Shown here piece after piece: positions 1 through 9,197 of a stretch of DNA of 64,000 nt. The DNA is from Deinococcales bacterium (GTDB taxonomy: Bacteria; Deinococcota; Deinococci; Deinococcales; JAAFIG01), in contig JAYWGM010000032.1 of the NCBI GenBank assembly GCA_043778225.1, positions 1-64,000 of the forward strand, written 5' to 3'. The position numbers and the translations under genes were made by a program. The first letter of the stretch is position 1, and each line of letters starts with the position of its first letter. The notes beneath the pieces are model-generated. The model did no database searches and was not told the origin of the DNA. It worked only from the letters and a program-made list of their open reading frames with translations.

Positions 1-330
1 CGAGAAGCGCGAACAGCCCGCGAGGTGCTGTTTTGTGAGCAAGAACGACAGTTTGCCGTTCTTCAGGCAAACGAGAGTGATTAAGTTAATTCGGTATCAA
101 TTACCTCGATGGGATAGCTCACATCACGATTCAATCCATGACCGAAGGCTTTACGACCCACAACCAGCCAGCCAAGGCTTGGGCAATGCTCGAGCTAGAC
201 CAAAGCCTAAAACTCGAGGTTTTTGGTTTGGATACTTGGAAACTCGAGTTACCGCGCCGCAGTCTGCACTTGTGGCAAAAGCAGCCCAAGAATAACTGGC
301 TCGAGTTTTAAGGTGTTCTGCACATAACCC
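1..330 (+). pseudogene. Possible disrupted 3' end of a metallophosphoesterase-like gene (runs off the window)
   Basis: Frame 1 reads ...QFAVLQ then stops at 82-84. Another frame continues YLDGIAHITIQSMTEGFTTHNQPAKAWAMLEL, which recalls a calcineurin-like phosphoesterase C-terminus. Recognition is from memory only. Confidence 0.3.
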
Positions 331-986
331 AAAATCCCACCGTGCTTTTGCTCGAGATGATCCAACACTGTTTGCATCGTCTCGGGTTTAGCACTGAGGA
401 TGCTCAAGAACAGCGTCATGTCGTAGCCTTTTTCCAGTGCATCTTGGCGAAGTCGCTCGAGCAACGGCTGGGCTTGTTCGGTCAAGGCGTAATCGCTTAA
501 AAGTGCGGCGCGGGTCGCGCCTTGTAAGCCAGCCAGCAGCATCGAAATAATGCCCGTGCGGTCTTTGCCAGCCACACAATGCAGCAAAGTCGTATGGCTC
601 GAGTTTGCCACCACCGTCAGGGCTTGGCGGATGGCATCTTGGCAGAGTTCCAGCGCTCCGATATAGACCATCTCGAGCGGCGGAAAGGTTTTCTCTTGTC
701 CACTCGAGAATTGTTGCAGCACCGCAAACAACGGAATGTGATGGTAACTGACCCCAGCTTGGCTCGCTAACGGATTGGGATGCTCGAGAATTTCAGCCTC
801 GCTGCGAAGGTCAATCACGGTTTTGACCCCCATTTCCAGCAACTGCTCTAGGGCAGACGGGCTGAGGTTATGTGGCGATTCGCCACGCAGTACGGTCTTA
901 AATGTGGTTGTGCCGTGGTCGGTCTCGAGTCCGCCGAGGTCGCGGTAGTTAAAAATACCCTCGAGATGCACAATTCGGTCAGTCAT
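249..986 (-). CDS. Protein-tyrosine-phosphatase-family protein (PtpB/IphP-like)
   Basis: N-terminal NYRDLGG, IDLRS, and P-loop HCVAGKDRTG (HCxxGKDRTG). Confidence 0.9.
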   Translation of the reverse strand: MTDRIVHLEGIFNYRDLGGLETDHGTTTFKTVLRGESPHNLSPSALEQLLEMGVKTVIDLRSEAEILEHPNPLASQAGVSYHHIPLFAVLQQFSSGQEKTFPPLEMVYIGALELCQDAIRQALTVVANSSHTTLLHCVAGKDRTGIISMLLAGLQGATRAALLSDYALTEQAQPLLERLRQDALEKGYDMTLFLSILSAKPETMQTVLDHLEQKHGGILGYVQNTLKLEPVILGLLLPQVQTAAR

Positions 987-1064
987 GCTTATATTTTATT
1001 GGTTCGGGTGTCAATTCAAGGTCAGGTCAATGCAAATTAACAAATCAGGGTTAAAAGTAATGCG

Positions 1065-1664
1065 CTACCCGTATTTCTCGAGAAACGCTTCCATATCCCG
1101 AAAATCCATAAAACGCGCCTCGAGTTCGGCTCGAGTCCAGTGCCACCACTGAATTTGCTCGAGTTTTTCTTTTTCGGAGTCCGTAAATCTAGCCCGAATT
1201 GGCTTGGCTGGCACACCCGCCACGATCGTGTAGGCTTCGACATTTTTGGTCACGACCGCTCCCGCACCGATGGCTGCACCATTGCCAATGCTCACCCCGG
1301 GCAGCACCGTGACATTGTGTCCAATCCAAACATCGTGTCCGATGGTCACAGGATTTGCTTCGCGCCATAGAAAAAAATCGGTGTCGTCGGTCTCGGCAAA
1401 GCCGTATTGCTTGGCGCGGTAGGTCATGTGATGCGAAGTCGGGCGCTCGAGTGGATGATTGCCGGGGTTAAGGCGCACAAAACTAGCAATGCTGCAAAAT
1501 TTGCCGATACTCGAATCCATGACTTGGCTGTGCTGCATGATATAGCTGTAATCGCCAAGGACGGACTTATAGAATTTGACATCGTGGCTAATCTGTGTCC
1601 AAACGCCAAGGCTTGAGCCGAGGACTTTGGCGCTTGGGTCTACGGTCGGCTGCTCGGAAAGCAT
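1065..1664 (-). CDS. Hexapeptide-repeat acyltransferase, phosphonate-cluster type (CatB/Vat-like)
   Basis: IGKFCSIA, NPGNHP, IGHDVWIGH, GVPAK, WWHW. Likely start MLSEQPT at 1664. Confidence 0.85.
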   Translation of the reverse strand: MLSEQPTVDPSAKVLGSSLGVWTQISHDVKFYKSVLGDYSYIMQHSQVMDSSIGKFCSIASFVRLNPGNHPLERPTSHHMTYRAKQYGFAETDDTDFFLWREANPVTIGHDVWIGHNVTVLPGVSIGNGAAIGAGAVVTKNVEAYTIVAGVPAKPIRARFTDSEKEKLEQIQWWHWTRAELEARFMDFRDMEAFLEKYG

Positions 1665-1689
1665 CAGGCAAACTCCGATACGCGAGGCA

Positions 1690-2874
1690 TCAGGCAAACT
1701 CCAAAACTCGAGCTTGTGGACTTGGCAAGACTGGATGCCCCGCCCAGTAAATAATTTTACCTTGGCGCAGCGTTGCCACCACGCGATAATCGGCATGGTG
1801 GTCGAGCAGCACAATATCTGCCTGTCGTCCAACTTCGAGCGAACCACGATTGTGCATTCCGACCGCTCGGGCTGGGTTATAACTGACCAAGTTAATCGCT
1901 TCGGGTAACTCGAGCAAGCCTTTTTTGACAATCTCGAGCGCAGCGCGGAGCATCGCGGCGGGGTAATAATCGGAAGCCAGAATGTCCAGCACACCGTGTT
2001 CTAGCGCATCCAGCGCCGAAAGATTGCCTGTATGACTGCTGCCACGCAGGGCATTGGGTGCGCCCATAATAATTTGCATCCCCAGACTTTTAGCTGCCTT
2101 GGCTGCCTCGAGACTGACTGGAAACTCGGATAAACTTGCACCAACGCTTTGCACCAGTGCCACTTTTTCGGGGCTGTCGTCGTCGTGACTGGCGACGACC
2201 ATACCCGCTTGCCGTGCCAAGGCGGTAATTTCGCCAATCACATCCCAGGCTGGCGGTGCATCGGCTGCTTTTTGGATTCGCTCGCGCACATTATTTTCGA
2301 CTTCCTCACGGCTTTTATCCTGCCAACTCGAGATGTAACTAATAAACTTCTCGAGGTCGCGGTACTGCCCTTGTCCGGGCGTGTGGTCGTTTAAGGAGAC
2401 CATATCCACCATTCCATCAGCCAATAAATCCTTTAAGACCGGTGCAGCGCGGTGATTGGTGATTTCAAATCGGGCATGGATTCTCATATCGGTCAATAAA
2501 GAACCGCGCAAACCAGCCACGCCCTGTACGATTTCTTTGGCGCGTTCTTCGGAACGCAGGTGTTTAGCGCGGCTTTCCGAGAAGCTAATCGCCGCATACG
2601 CCGTGGTGATGCCTGCCGCTGCTAAGCGTTTATCCAACTCGAGCAACGAAACTTCGATCGGAAAGGCTGCACCCGGACGCGGCTCGAGTTCACGTTCGAG
2701 CATATCGCCGTGCAAATCCACCAAGCCCGAAATTGCTGTTAAACCCGAACCGTGCAAATCTGGCTTTTTGGCTGCGCCATCTATCACTTCGGCAATTTTG
2801 CCGTTCTCGAGCCGCAAACTGGCACTGGGCAGCACACAATCTGGCAGTACCAGTCGCACATCGCTAAGCCACAT
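1690..2874 (-). CDS. phnM: Ribose 1-methylphosphonate 5-triphosphate diphosphatase PhnM
   Basis: DLHGDMLE, HARFE, DHTPGQGQY, SHDD, MGAPN, SDYYP amidohydrolase motifs. Confidence 0.92.
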   Translation of the reverse strand: MWLSDVRLVLPDCVLPSASLRLENGKIAEVIDGAAKKPDLHGSGLTAISGLVDLHGDMLERELEPRPGAAFPIEVSLLELDKRLAAAGITTAYAAISFSESRAKHLRSEERAKEIVQGVAGLRGSLLTDMRIHARFEITNHRAAPVLKDLLADGMVDMVSLNDHTPGQGQYRDLEKFISYISSWQDKSREEVENNVRERIQKAADAPPAWDVIGEITALARQAGMVVASHDDDSPEKVALVQSVGASLSEFPVSLEAAKAAKSLGMQIIMGAPNALRGSSHTGNLSALDALEHGVLDILASDYYPAAMLRAALEIVKKGLLELPEAINLVSYNPARAVGMHNRGSLEVGRQADIVLLDHHADYRVVATLRQGKIIYWAGHPVLPSPQARVLEFA

Positions 2875-3592
2875 AATTTGCCTCCTCTGGCTCGAGAAAA
2901 CCTGTGTCGAGCGGCAAATCGCTGGTTAAAAGTATCTCGCGCTCGATTAAACCGCTTGCGTCTTCGGGGTGATGCAGCACGCCAATCATTGCTACACCTT
3001 CGTTTTTAAGTTGTGCCAAGCGTTCACGCAGCGCCACTCGAGCCGTGGCATCCAAAGACGCGGTTGGCTCATCCAGCAGCAACAAGCGCCGAGGTTGGAT
3101 TAAAGCTCGAGCCAGATTAACTTTTTGCTGCTCACCACCCGAAAACGTGGTTGGATACGCCTGCCAGAGTTCGGGTTTTAAGCCAAACATCTCGAGCGCC
3201 CCAGAAGCACGGCGCAGTGCAATTTCTTGTGGCACACCCGCAAATAAAAGCGGCTCTGCCACCAATTCGACCGCACTGACTCGCGGACGTGGGCGCAAAA
3301 ACTGCGTCACAAAACCAATTTCTTCTTGGCGCAGCAGCATCATGTCCACATCAGCAGCCCGAACCAAATCAATCTGCCCGTGTTTACTCTGGTACAGCGC
3401 TGCCCCGCTCGAGGCACGGTAAGAGCGGTACAACGTCCGCAACAAGGTGCTTTTGCCAACCCCATTTGCACCCGCCACCAGCAAAAATTCGCCACTCGAG
3501 AGGGTGAAGTTAAGGTTTGAGAACGCCAGCACTTCGCGCTCGAGTTGAAACAGAAAGAAATTTTTGGTTAAGTCATTGACCTCGAGAATCAT
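2864..3592 (-). CDS. phnL: C-P lyase ABC-type ATPase PhnL
   Basis: GANGVGKS, FSGGEQQKVNLAR, LLLDEPTASLD; operon position. Confidence 0.9.
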   Translation of the reverse strand: MILEVNDLTKNFFLFQLEREVLAFSNLNFTLSSGEFLLVAGANGVGKSTLLRTLYRSYRASSGAALYQSKHGQIDLVRAADVDMMLLRQEEIGFVTQFLRPRPRVSAVELVAEPLLFAGVPQEIALRRASGALEMFGLKPELWQAYPTTFSGGEQQKVNLARALIQPRRLLLLDEPTASLDATARVALRERLAQLKNEGVAMIGVLHHPEDASGLIEREILLTSDLPLDTGFLEPEEANYVA

Positions 3593-3601
3593 GGGTTACT
3601 C

Positions 3602-4420
3602 CTATAATTTAGCGTGTACCAATTGCTGGGTGTAGCTGTGCTGTGGGTCCTCGAGAACTTGGTCGGTCAGTCCTTGCTCGACCACCCGCCCGTTTCGCAT
3701 CACCATCACGCGGTCAGACAGGGTACGAATCACGCCGAGGTCGTGCGACACCACCAGCATTGCAATCCCAAGGTCGCGCTGTAATCGGCGCAGGGTGTCT
3801 AAGACCAGTGCCTGTACCGAAACATCCAAACCCGTGGTTGGTTCGTCCAGCAGCAGCAGCGCAGGTTTTAAGGCGATGGCTTTTGCCAGTTGCACTCGCT
3901 GCTGCATTCCGCCCGATAGATTTTTGGGTGGGTCGTCCATGCGGCTAATCGGAAATTCGCTGACCTCGAGACTGCGTTTGGCGGCGGCGCGTAACTTTGA
4001 AAAATTGCGCTCGCCCGCAATCACCAGCCGTTCGGCGACATTGCCACTGCTCGAGTTTTTCATCCGTAACCCAAGGTGCGGATTCTGGTAAACAATCCCG
4101 ATGTGATGCACCCGCAGTTGGCGGCGTTCAAAACGGCTGAGGTCAAACAAGTTCTGCTCGGCGTATTTGGGCAAATGAAGCCCAAAAACACCACTGTCTG
4201 GGTTTTCCTCGAGATTCAGCATCCGTAAAAGCGTGCTTTTGCCACTGCCACTTTCGCCAACAATCCCCAGCACTTCTCGCGGATAAAGTTCGACATTGAC
4301 ATCCTCGAGGGCAATCACGCTGCCATAGCGCTTATTGATGCGGCTGGCGGTTAGAAGCGGGGCGTGCTGCACCAAGCGCGGCGGCTCGAGGGCAATCTCA
4401 GTCGCGTAGGAAGCCATCAT
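3602..4420 (-). CDS. phnK: C-P lyase ATPase PhnK
   Basis: GESGSGKS, LSGGMQQRVQLA, DEPTTGLDVSVQA. Start placed after a GGAGG RBS. Confidence 0.9.
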   Translation of the reverse strand: MMASYATEIALEPPRLVQHAPLLTASRINKRYGSVIALEDVNVELYPREVLGIVGESGSGKSTLLRMLNLEENPDSGVFGLHLPKYAEQNLFDLSRFERRQLRVHHIGIVYQNPHLGLRMKNSSSGNVAERLVIAGERNFSKLRAAAKRSLEVSEFPISRMDDPPKNLSGGMQQRVQLAKAIALKPALLLLDEPTTGLDVSVQALVLDTLRRLQRDLGIAMLVVSHDLGVIRTLSDRVMVMRNGRVVEQGLTDQVLEDPQHSYTQQLVHAKL

Positions 4421-5318
4421 GGTAGAACCTCCCTTCTGAATCGTAATAGGTTGCGCCCAAAGCTCTCTCGGACAGGATTTTTTCGCCATACCCACTGTCG
4501 GATAATTCATATAAACTCGAGCCGTCTTCTTGTGGTAATTCGTTCATAAATTTTTGGGCTGCCCCAGTGCGAAAACAGACCATCCCATCCACATTTTCGG
4601 TTTTATATGGCACATCCTCAAACTCGAGCGGACGGACTTCGGTATAGGGTGGCACACAATACAGTCTTTTTTCGCGCCCTGCGCTCAGGATGGTTAGATG
4701 CGCCGCTTGGTGCAACATCGGCACATCCCAACGTGGAATCGGGCTGGGCGACATGATATAGCGCCTTGCTACCAAGACTGGATAACTCGCGCCTTGAATA
4801 ATTCGTTTGTAGCGCACCATTTGCTCGTAGAGTTTTAGCCACATCAGCCCGTAATCGGCATCGGCATGAAGTTCGGCGGCGGCGGCGCTGCTGGTTTCCA
4901 CACCGCGCAACGGTTCTGGTTCTGGTACTTGCAAAATTAAAACTTGTCCCTCGAGTAAACGCTCTTCGGGAATTCGGTGGCGCGATTGAATCAGGCTGGC
5001 TGCCAAAGTATCGGTGGTGGTTTGGGCGTTGGCAACTCGAGCAATAAAGCGGCGAATGTTGGCGGCATTGACACTATCGTCCGCCCCTTGGTCAATAATT
5101 TTGACCGTGCTGTGCGGCGCAACCAGTGTTAGCGTGACCTGCAAACCGCCCGTCCCCCAGCCCCGCGCCATCGGCACTTCTCGAGAGGCATACGGCACTT
5201 GATAACCCGGAATACAGATGCCTTTAAGGATTTTACGGCGCAACTCGCGCTTGCTGGCTTCGTCCAAAAACGCATAGGCATGGTCTTGGACTGGCTTGGT
5301 CAATTCGGCAAGGGTCAT
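4398..5318 (-). CDS. phnJ: PhnJ homologue (C-P lyase catalytic subunit) with degenerate Cys motif
   Basis: IPGYQVP, GWGTGGLQVT, DQGADD, QSRHRIPE, AGREKRLY are conserved; the C-terminal CxxC...C...C motif is mostly lost. Confidence 0.92.
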   Translation of the reverse strand: MTLAELTKPVQDHAYAFLDEASKRELRRKILKGICIPGYQVPYASREVPMARGWGTGGLQVTLTLVAPHSTVKIIDQGADDSVNAANIRRFIARVANAQTTTDTLAASLIQSRHRIPEERLLEGQVLILQVPEPEPLRGVETSSAAAAELHADADYGLMWLKLYEQMVRYKRIIQGASYPVLVARRYIMSPSPIPRWDVPMLHQAAHLTILSAGREKRLYCVPPYTEVRPLEFEDVPYKTENVDGMVCFRTGAAQKFMNELPQEDGSSLYELSDSGYGEKILSERALGATYYDSEGRFYHDGFLRD

Positions 5319-6403
5319 AAACTGACCTCCTCGAGTGGCATTTCGGCGGCTGGCGCTGTATTTTTTTGCTTTTTGACATCGCGCATGGCTTCGAGGCTGC
5401 TCTGAAACGTCACATAATGCGGCAACTTAAAGTGAATACAAAAACCGCTGCCCTCGACGGGTTCGGTGTGATACAGCACAAATTCTGGAGTCTGCGACGG
5501 ATGACTCGAGCGCTCCATGCTTAAATCGAGCATCGAAGCGGCAATCACTTTGACTTCGTTCCAGCCGAGCGTGGCACTAAATCCCAAGTCTAAACGCGGG
5601 TCTTGTGGGTCGCCAGCAAAATTCGTGACAATTTCACTCGAGCTAACCCGCACTTGCCCAGCGCTAAATTCTACTTTGGTACTCGGGTGGGTCAGCCGCA
5701 CATCGGCATAGCTCAGCCTGACTTCATTGATCGTCGGATGCACTGCGCCGTAGCCGCGCATATTGGCATAGCCGAGCGCTAAAATCCCACCGGTATCGCC
5801 TCGAGCCAGACTTTGCAATTTGTGCGCTCTCGAGACTGGAAAAAGCAGTGGTTCGCGGGTAATATCGGGAATGTCGCTTGGCACAGTCTGGTCGGGGCTA
5901 ATCTCGGGCAACAATCCAGCTTGGCGCTGCCATGCCGCCAAGGCTGGGAAACTCGAGCCAGAAATCTGTGGTGCTGGTGTGGTTTGGTGCGAGATACTTT
6001 GTCCGCGCAAAGCCTCCATGCGTAAAATTCGGTGGCTGTAATCGAGCGTCGGTCCAAGTACCTGTCCGCCGGGGATGTCCTTAAAGGCTGCCGAGACCCG
6101 CCGCACGGTTTTGAGGTCGTCCTGCTCGAGTGGCGTGGCGTAGGCGAGCCTTGGCTGGGTGCTGCGGTACGCCCGAAGCAGCAATACCGCTTCGTACAAT
6201 TCGCCGCCCGTCTGGGTAATCGCCAGCGCCGCCAGTTCGGGTGCGTACAACGATGCCTCGCCCATCACACGGTCTAGCAAGTACGGCAGCGCATCCTCGA
6301 TGGCTTTGACCCGCTCGAGCGAGAGTGTGCCGAGCAATTCGCGGTAAAAATTCTCGGCTTCGACAATTGCCTGTTCGCCACCTCTGGCTGCCACATATGC
6401 CAT
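5315..6403 (-). CDS. phnI: C-P lyase subunit PhnI
   Basis: YVAARGGEQAI, RAYRST, AFKDIPGGQVLGPT, HFKLPHYVTFQ. Confidence 0.93.
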   Translation of the reverse strand: MAYVAARGGEQAIVEAENFYRELLGTLSLERVKAIEDALPYLLDRVMGEASLYAPELAALAITQTGGELYEAVLLLRAYRSTQPRLAYATPLEQDDLKTVRRVSAAFKDIPGGQVLGPTLDYSHRILRMEALRGQSISHQTTPAPQISGSSFPALAAWQRQAGLLPEISPDQTVPSDIPDITREPLLFPVSRAHKLQSLARGDTGGILALGYANMRGYGAVHPTINEVRLSYADVRLTHPSTKVEFSAGQVRVSSSEIVTNFAGDPQDPRLDLGFSATLGWNEVKVIAASMLDLSMERSSHPSQTPEFVLYHTEPVEGSGFCIHFKLPHYVTFQSSLEAMRDVKKQKNTAPAAEMPLEEVSL

Positions 6404-6940
6404 TTACAGCACCTCGATTCGCGTGGTACGCGGGATTCCAACTAAACTCGAGCCATTGGTCAGGAGTAAATCCCAACCGATGGGATAGGACATAATCTGC
6501 TCGCGGGTCTGCCAAAACTCGGGTGGTACATCGATTTGCAGCTCGAGTGAACTTTGGATTCCCGCCCCCGTCAAGCGCACCAGCCGCCCAATCTCGAGTG
6601 CGGCGCTAACCACCAGCGTGGCTGACGTTTCTGGGGCAACTGGCGAACCGCGTTTTATCACGTGCAGCAAGTCGCTAACTGGTGTATTGGCACAAAAGAC
6701 ATAATCGGCTTCTTTGAGCGATTTCATTTTTGCCCCCAAAACACAAAGTTGTGGTTCGAGCGCAGCATCGTTGGTCCAAGCACTGGTCTCGAGGTCTAAA
6801 AGCGCTTGAGCAATCCTAAAAAAAGCATTTTCGTCTGGCTCGAGTTGTAGGGCTTGGACTCGTCCGGGATGTGCAAACGCCCACATCAGGGCATCAAACG
6901 TGGCGTGGGTTTTGGCTTCTAATTGGGTTTGTAAGGGCAT
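6404..6940 (-). CDS. phnH: C-P lyase subunit PhnH
   Basis: FDALMWAFAHPG, LLDLET, GSPVAPETSAT, YPIGWD, GIPRTT. Confidence 0.88.
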   Translation of the reverse strand: MPLQTQLEAKTHATFDALMWAFAHPGRVQALQLEPDENAFFRIAQALLDLETSAWTNDAALEPQLCVLGAKMKSLKEADYVFCANTPVSDLLHVIKRGSPVAPETSATLVVSAALEIGRLVRLTGAGIQSSLELQIDVPPEFWQTREQIMSYPIGWDLLLTNGSSLVGIPRTTRIEVL

Positions 6941-7374
6941 TAAAAGGTCTCCATTTGCACTCGAGTTGCCTCGACTTTAGAAAAAAGCAGATTGTGGGCT
7001 GCCAGTTGTGCGCTGTGGGCTGCTTCGAGAAATTGGCTTAGGCGCTCTGGAGCAATTTCGGTCTGCCACGCTAAATCGAGCAGCGCCACCGCCAAGGCTT
7101 GCTCGAGGTCGCGCCCAAGTACCGCCCCATAGCCAACAAAACTGTTTTGACGCACCTCGGCTTCGGCAACCAGCACTTCGCCCAGATGAAACAACGTGCC
7201 ATGAACCGTATCTCGAGCCGGCAGCATCACCAACCCAGTCCGATTTTGCACCACCTCAAGATTGCCGCTTTGCTCGAGCGCAGGCAGTAATTCGTCGGCA
7301 AGCGCTTTGACTTGGGGGGCAGGCGCGTGGGTCAGGATATTCAGGCTTTGGGCTTGGGTAAAAGTTGATTGCAT
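6940..7374 (-). CDS. phnG: C-P lyase subunit PhnG
   Basis: GLVML, FHLGEVLV, KVEATRVQMET. Start MQSTF follows AAGGA. Confidence 0.88.
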   Translation of the reverse strand: MQSTFTQAQSLNILTHAPAPQVKALADELLPALEQSGNLEVVQNRTGLVMLPARDTVHGTLFHLGEVLVAEAEVRQNSFVGYGAVLGRDLEQALAVALLDLAWQTEIAPERLSQFLEAAHSAQLAAHNLLFSKVEATRVQMETF

Positions 7375-7382
7375 TTGTATCC

Positions 7383-8210
7383 TTAAATAATGCTGCGGCG
7401 TAACCGCGCTGAGGCAAAATCCACCAAAAAGACGGTCACAAAAATCATGATTAAAATCGCACAAGTGGCTTTCCAATCAAACGAACGCATGGCTTCTTGC
7501 AGGAAAAATCCAATGCCACCCGCACCAACTAAACCCAGAATTGTGGCTGCTCGGACATTAATCTCGAGCCTGTAAAGCGTGTAACTGACAAAAAGCGGCA
7601 TGATTTGAGGAAAATACCCGTAGACAATCACCATAAAAGGCGACGCACCTGTGGCGCGTACCGCCTCGACTTGTCCGGGGTCTACGGCTTCGATGGCTTC
7701 GGACAAGAGTTTGCCCAGCGAACCCGCGCTGCCAATTGCCAATGCCAGAATGCCGGGGAATGGTCCCAAACCTACTGCCGCCACAAAAATCAGTGCCAGT
7801 ACCAATTCATTGAGCGCCCGTAAAAAGTCCATGACCCGCCGCGTGATTTGGTAAAGCCACGCAGGAGCAACATTTTGCGCTCCTGCAAAGGACATTGGCA
7901 CGGTAATAAATAAGCACAGCACTGTTCCCCAAATACCCATGGCAATGGTTAAGAGCATTTCATTAAAATAGCGTTCCCAGCCCGAGAAATCAGGTGGAAA
8001 AAATCCCCATGTTGGGCGGTTACTCGAGCCAAAAATAAATTCGATGCTGCTACCTAAGCCGTCTATCAGACCTTTAGGGCTAATTTGGGTTAAAGGATAA
8101 GTAAAAACCAGAATGCCAAGAATCATAAAAAAAGCCAATGTACTCCAACCTCGAGCGCGACGAATCGCCACAGGAGGTTGGAGTTTTAGAGAAGTCGAAG
8201 TTGGGGTCAT
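7383..8210 (-). CDS. phnE: Phosphonate ABC transporter permease
   Basis: ALIFVAAVGLGPFPGILAL, EAVRATGA, RAATILGLVGAGGIG. Confidence 0.93.
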   Translation of the reverse strand: MTPTSTSLKLQPPVAIRRARGWSTLAFFMILGILVFTYPLTQISPKGLIDGLGSSIEFIFGSSNRPTWGFFPPDFSGWERYFNEMLLTIAMGIWGTVLCLFITVPMSFAGAQNVAPAWLYQITRRVMDFLRALNELVLALIFVAAVGLGPFPGILALAIGSAGSLGKLLSEAIEAVDPGQVEAVRATGASPFMVIVYGYFPQIMPLFVSYTLYRLEINVRAATILGLVGAGGIGFFLQEAMRSFDWKATCAILIMIFVTVFLVDFASARLRRSII

Positions 8211-8213
8211 GAT

Positions 8214-9083
8214 TTACTTTTTACGCAGTTCTTCTTTAACGCGGTCAGCTTCGCGCACTACGTTGTACGTACCGTCATTGACAGTTACAAAGCGTTTTGC
8301 CGAAAGCTGGTCTAGCACCTTAGGGTCACGCAAATCTAAAAAGGCTTTTTGAATCAAGGCTCGGCACGAAGCTGGCACAACTTCCGAAGCGGTAATCGGC
8401 GAGTTTGGAATCAATTTCGATTGCCAAACCGCCCGTAATTCGCCCTCTTTAATGGTTTTGGCAATAATTGCGTTGTTGACTGTACCCGAAGCAATTGCAG
8501 CTACATCCACTTTACTGTTGACCAAAGACAACATACTGGCATTGTGATTACCCGCAAAAATAACTTGCCCGAAAAAATCAGTTGGATTGATTTTGAGGTC
8601 TTTTAAGAAATGAACCATTGGAAATAAGTAGCCACTGGTGCTGTTGGGGTCTACAAATGCTAAGGTTTTGCCTTTCAGGTCTTGGATGCTGCGGTAACTC
8701 GAGTCGCTACGCACAAATAAACTCGAGTAGTAACCTAAACCAGTGGTTTTGTTGTCGGGCATAACCAACGGATAAACTTTGGCTTGCTTGGTGGCTTGGA
8801 TATAGGATTCTGGTCCAAGCCAAGCGACTTCTAAACGCTTGGTTGCCATGGCAATAATAATCGCGGCATAATCTGCACCAATGGTGTATTGGAGCTTCGA
8901 GTTAAGGCGTTTTTCGAGGTAATCAAAAAGTGGGGTGTAACGGGTTTTGGCGGTGCTTTCGTCGGTCGGTAAAATCCCAAAGCGCATTTCTTTGGGGCAA
9001 TCTGAGGCTGGGGTTTGGGCTTGGCTGCTGGCAAGCGCAAGCAAGCTGGCAGTGACGGTAAGACTGGCGAATACGATTTTCAT
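8214..9083 (-). CDS. phnD: Phosphonate ABC transporter substrate-binding protein
   Basis: Signal peptide, DYAAII, DPNSTSGYLFP, AGNH. Confidence 0.92.
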   Translation of the reverse strand: MKIVFASLTVTASLLALASSQAQTPASDCPKEMRFGILPTDESTAKTRYTPLFDYLEKRLNSKLQYTIGADYAAIIIAMATKRLEVAWLGPESYIQATKQAKVYPLVMPDNKTTGLGYYSSLFVRSDSSYRSIQDLKGKTLAFVDPNSTSGYLFPMVHFLKDLKINPTDFFGQVIFAGNHNASMLSLVNSKVDVAAIASGTVNNAIIAKTIKEGELRAVWQSKLIPNSPITASEVVPASCRALIQKAFLDLRDPKVLDQLSAKRFVTVNDGTYNVVREADRVKEELRKK

Positions 9084-9136
9084 AATTTCCTCCGTAAAAC
9101 AACAAAGCTCGAGTGATATTGTTTTTTTGCATTGCT

Positions 9137-9160
9137 GTAGGGGTGAACCTTGTGTTCGCC
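9137..9160 (+). repeat. GTAG-class REP palindrome
   Basis: GTAGGGGTGAACCTTGTGTTCGCC, a variant of the REP found inside the RAYT gene. Confidence 0.75.
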
Positions 9161-9197
9161 TTTTAATTTGTGTTTTTTCTCAAGTATTTCAAAGCCA

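Noticed and set aside
4398..5318. phnJ as a pseudogene
   Set aside because: No stop or frameshift, overlaps with neighbours are intact and other motifs are conserved, so it is kept as an atypical CDS.
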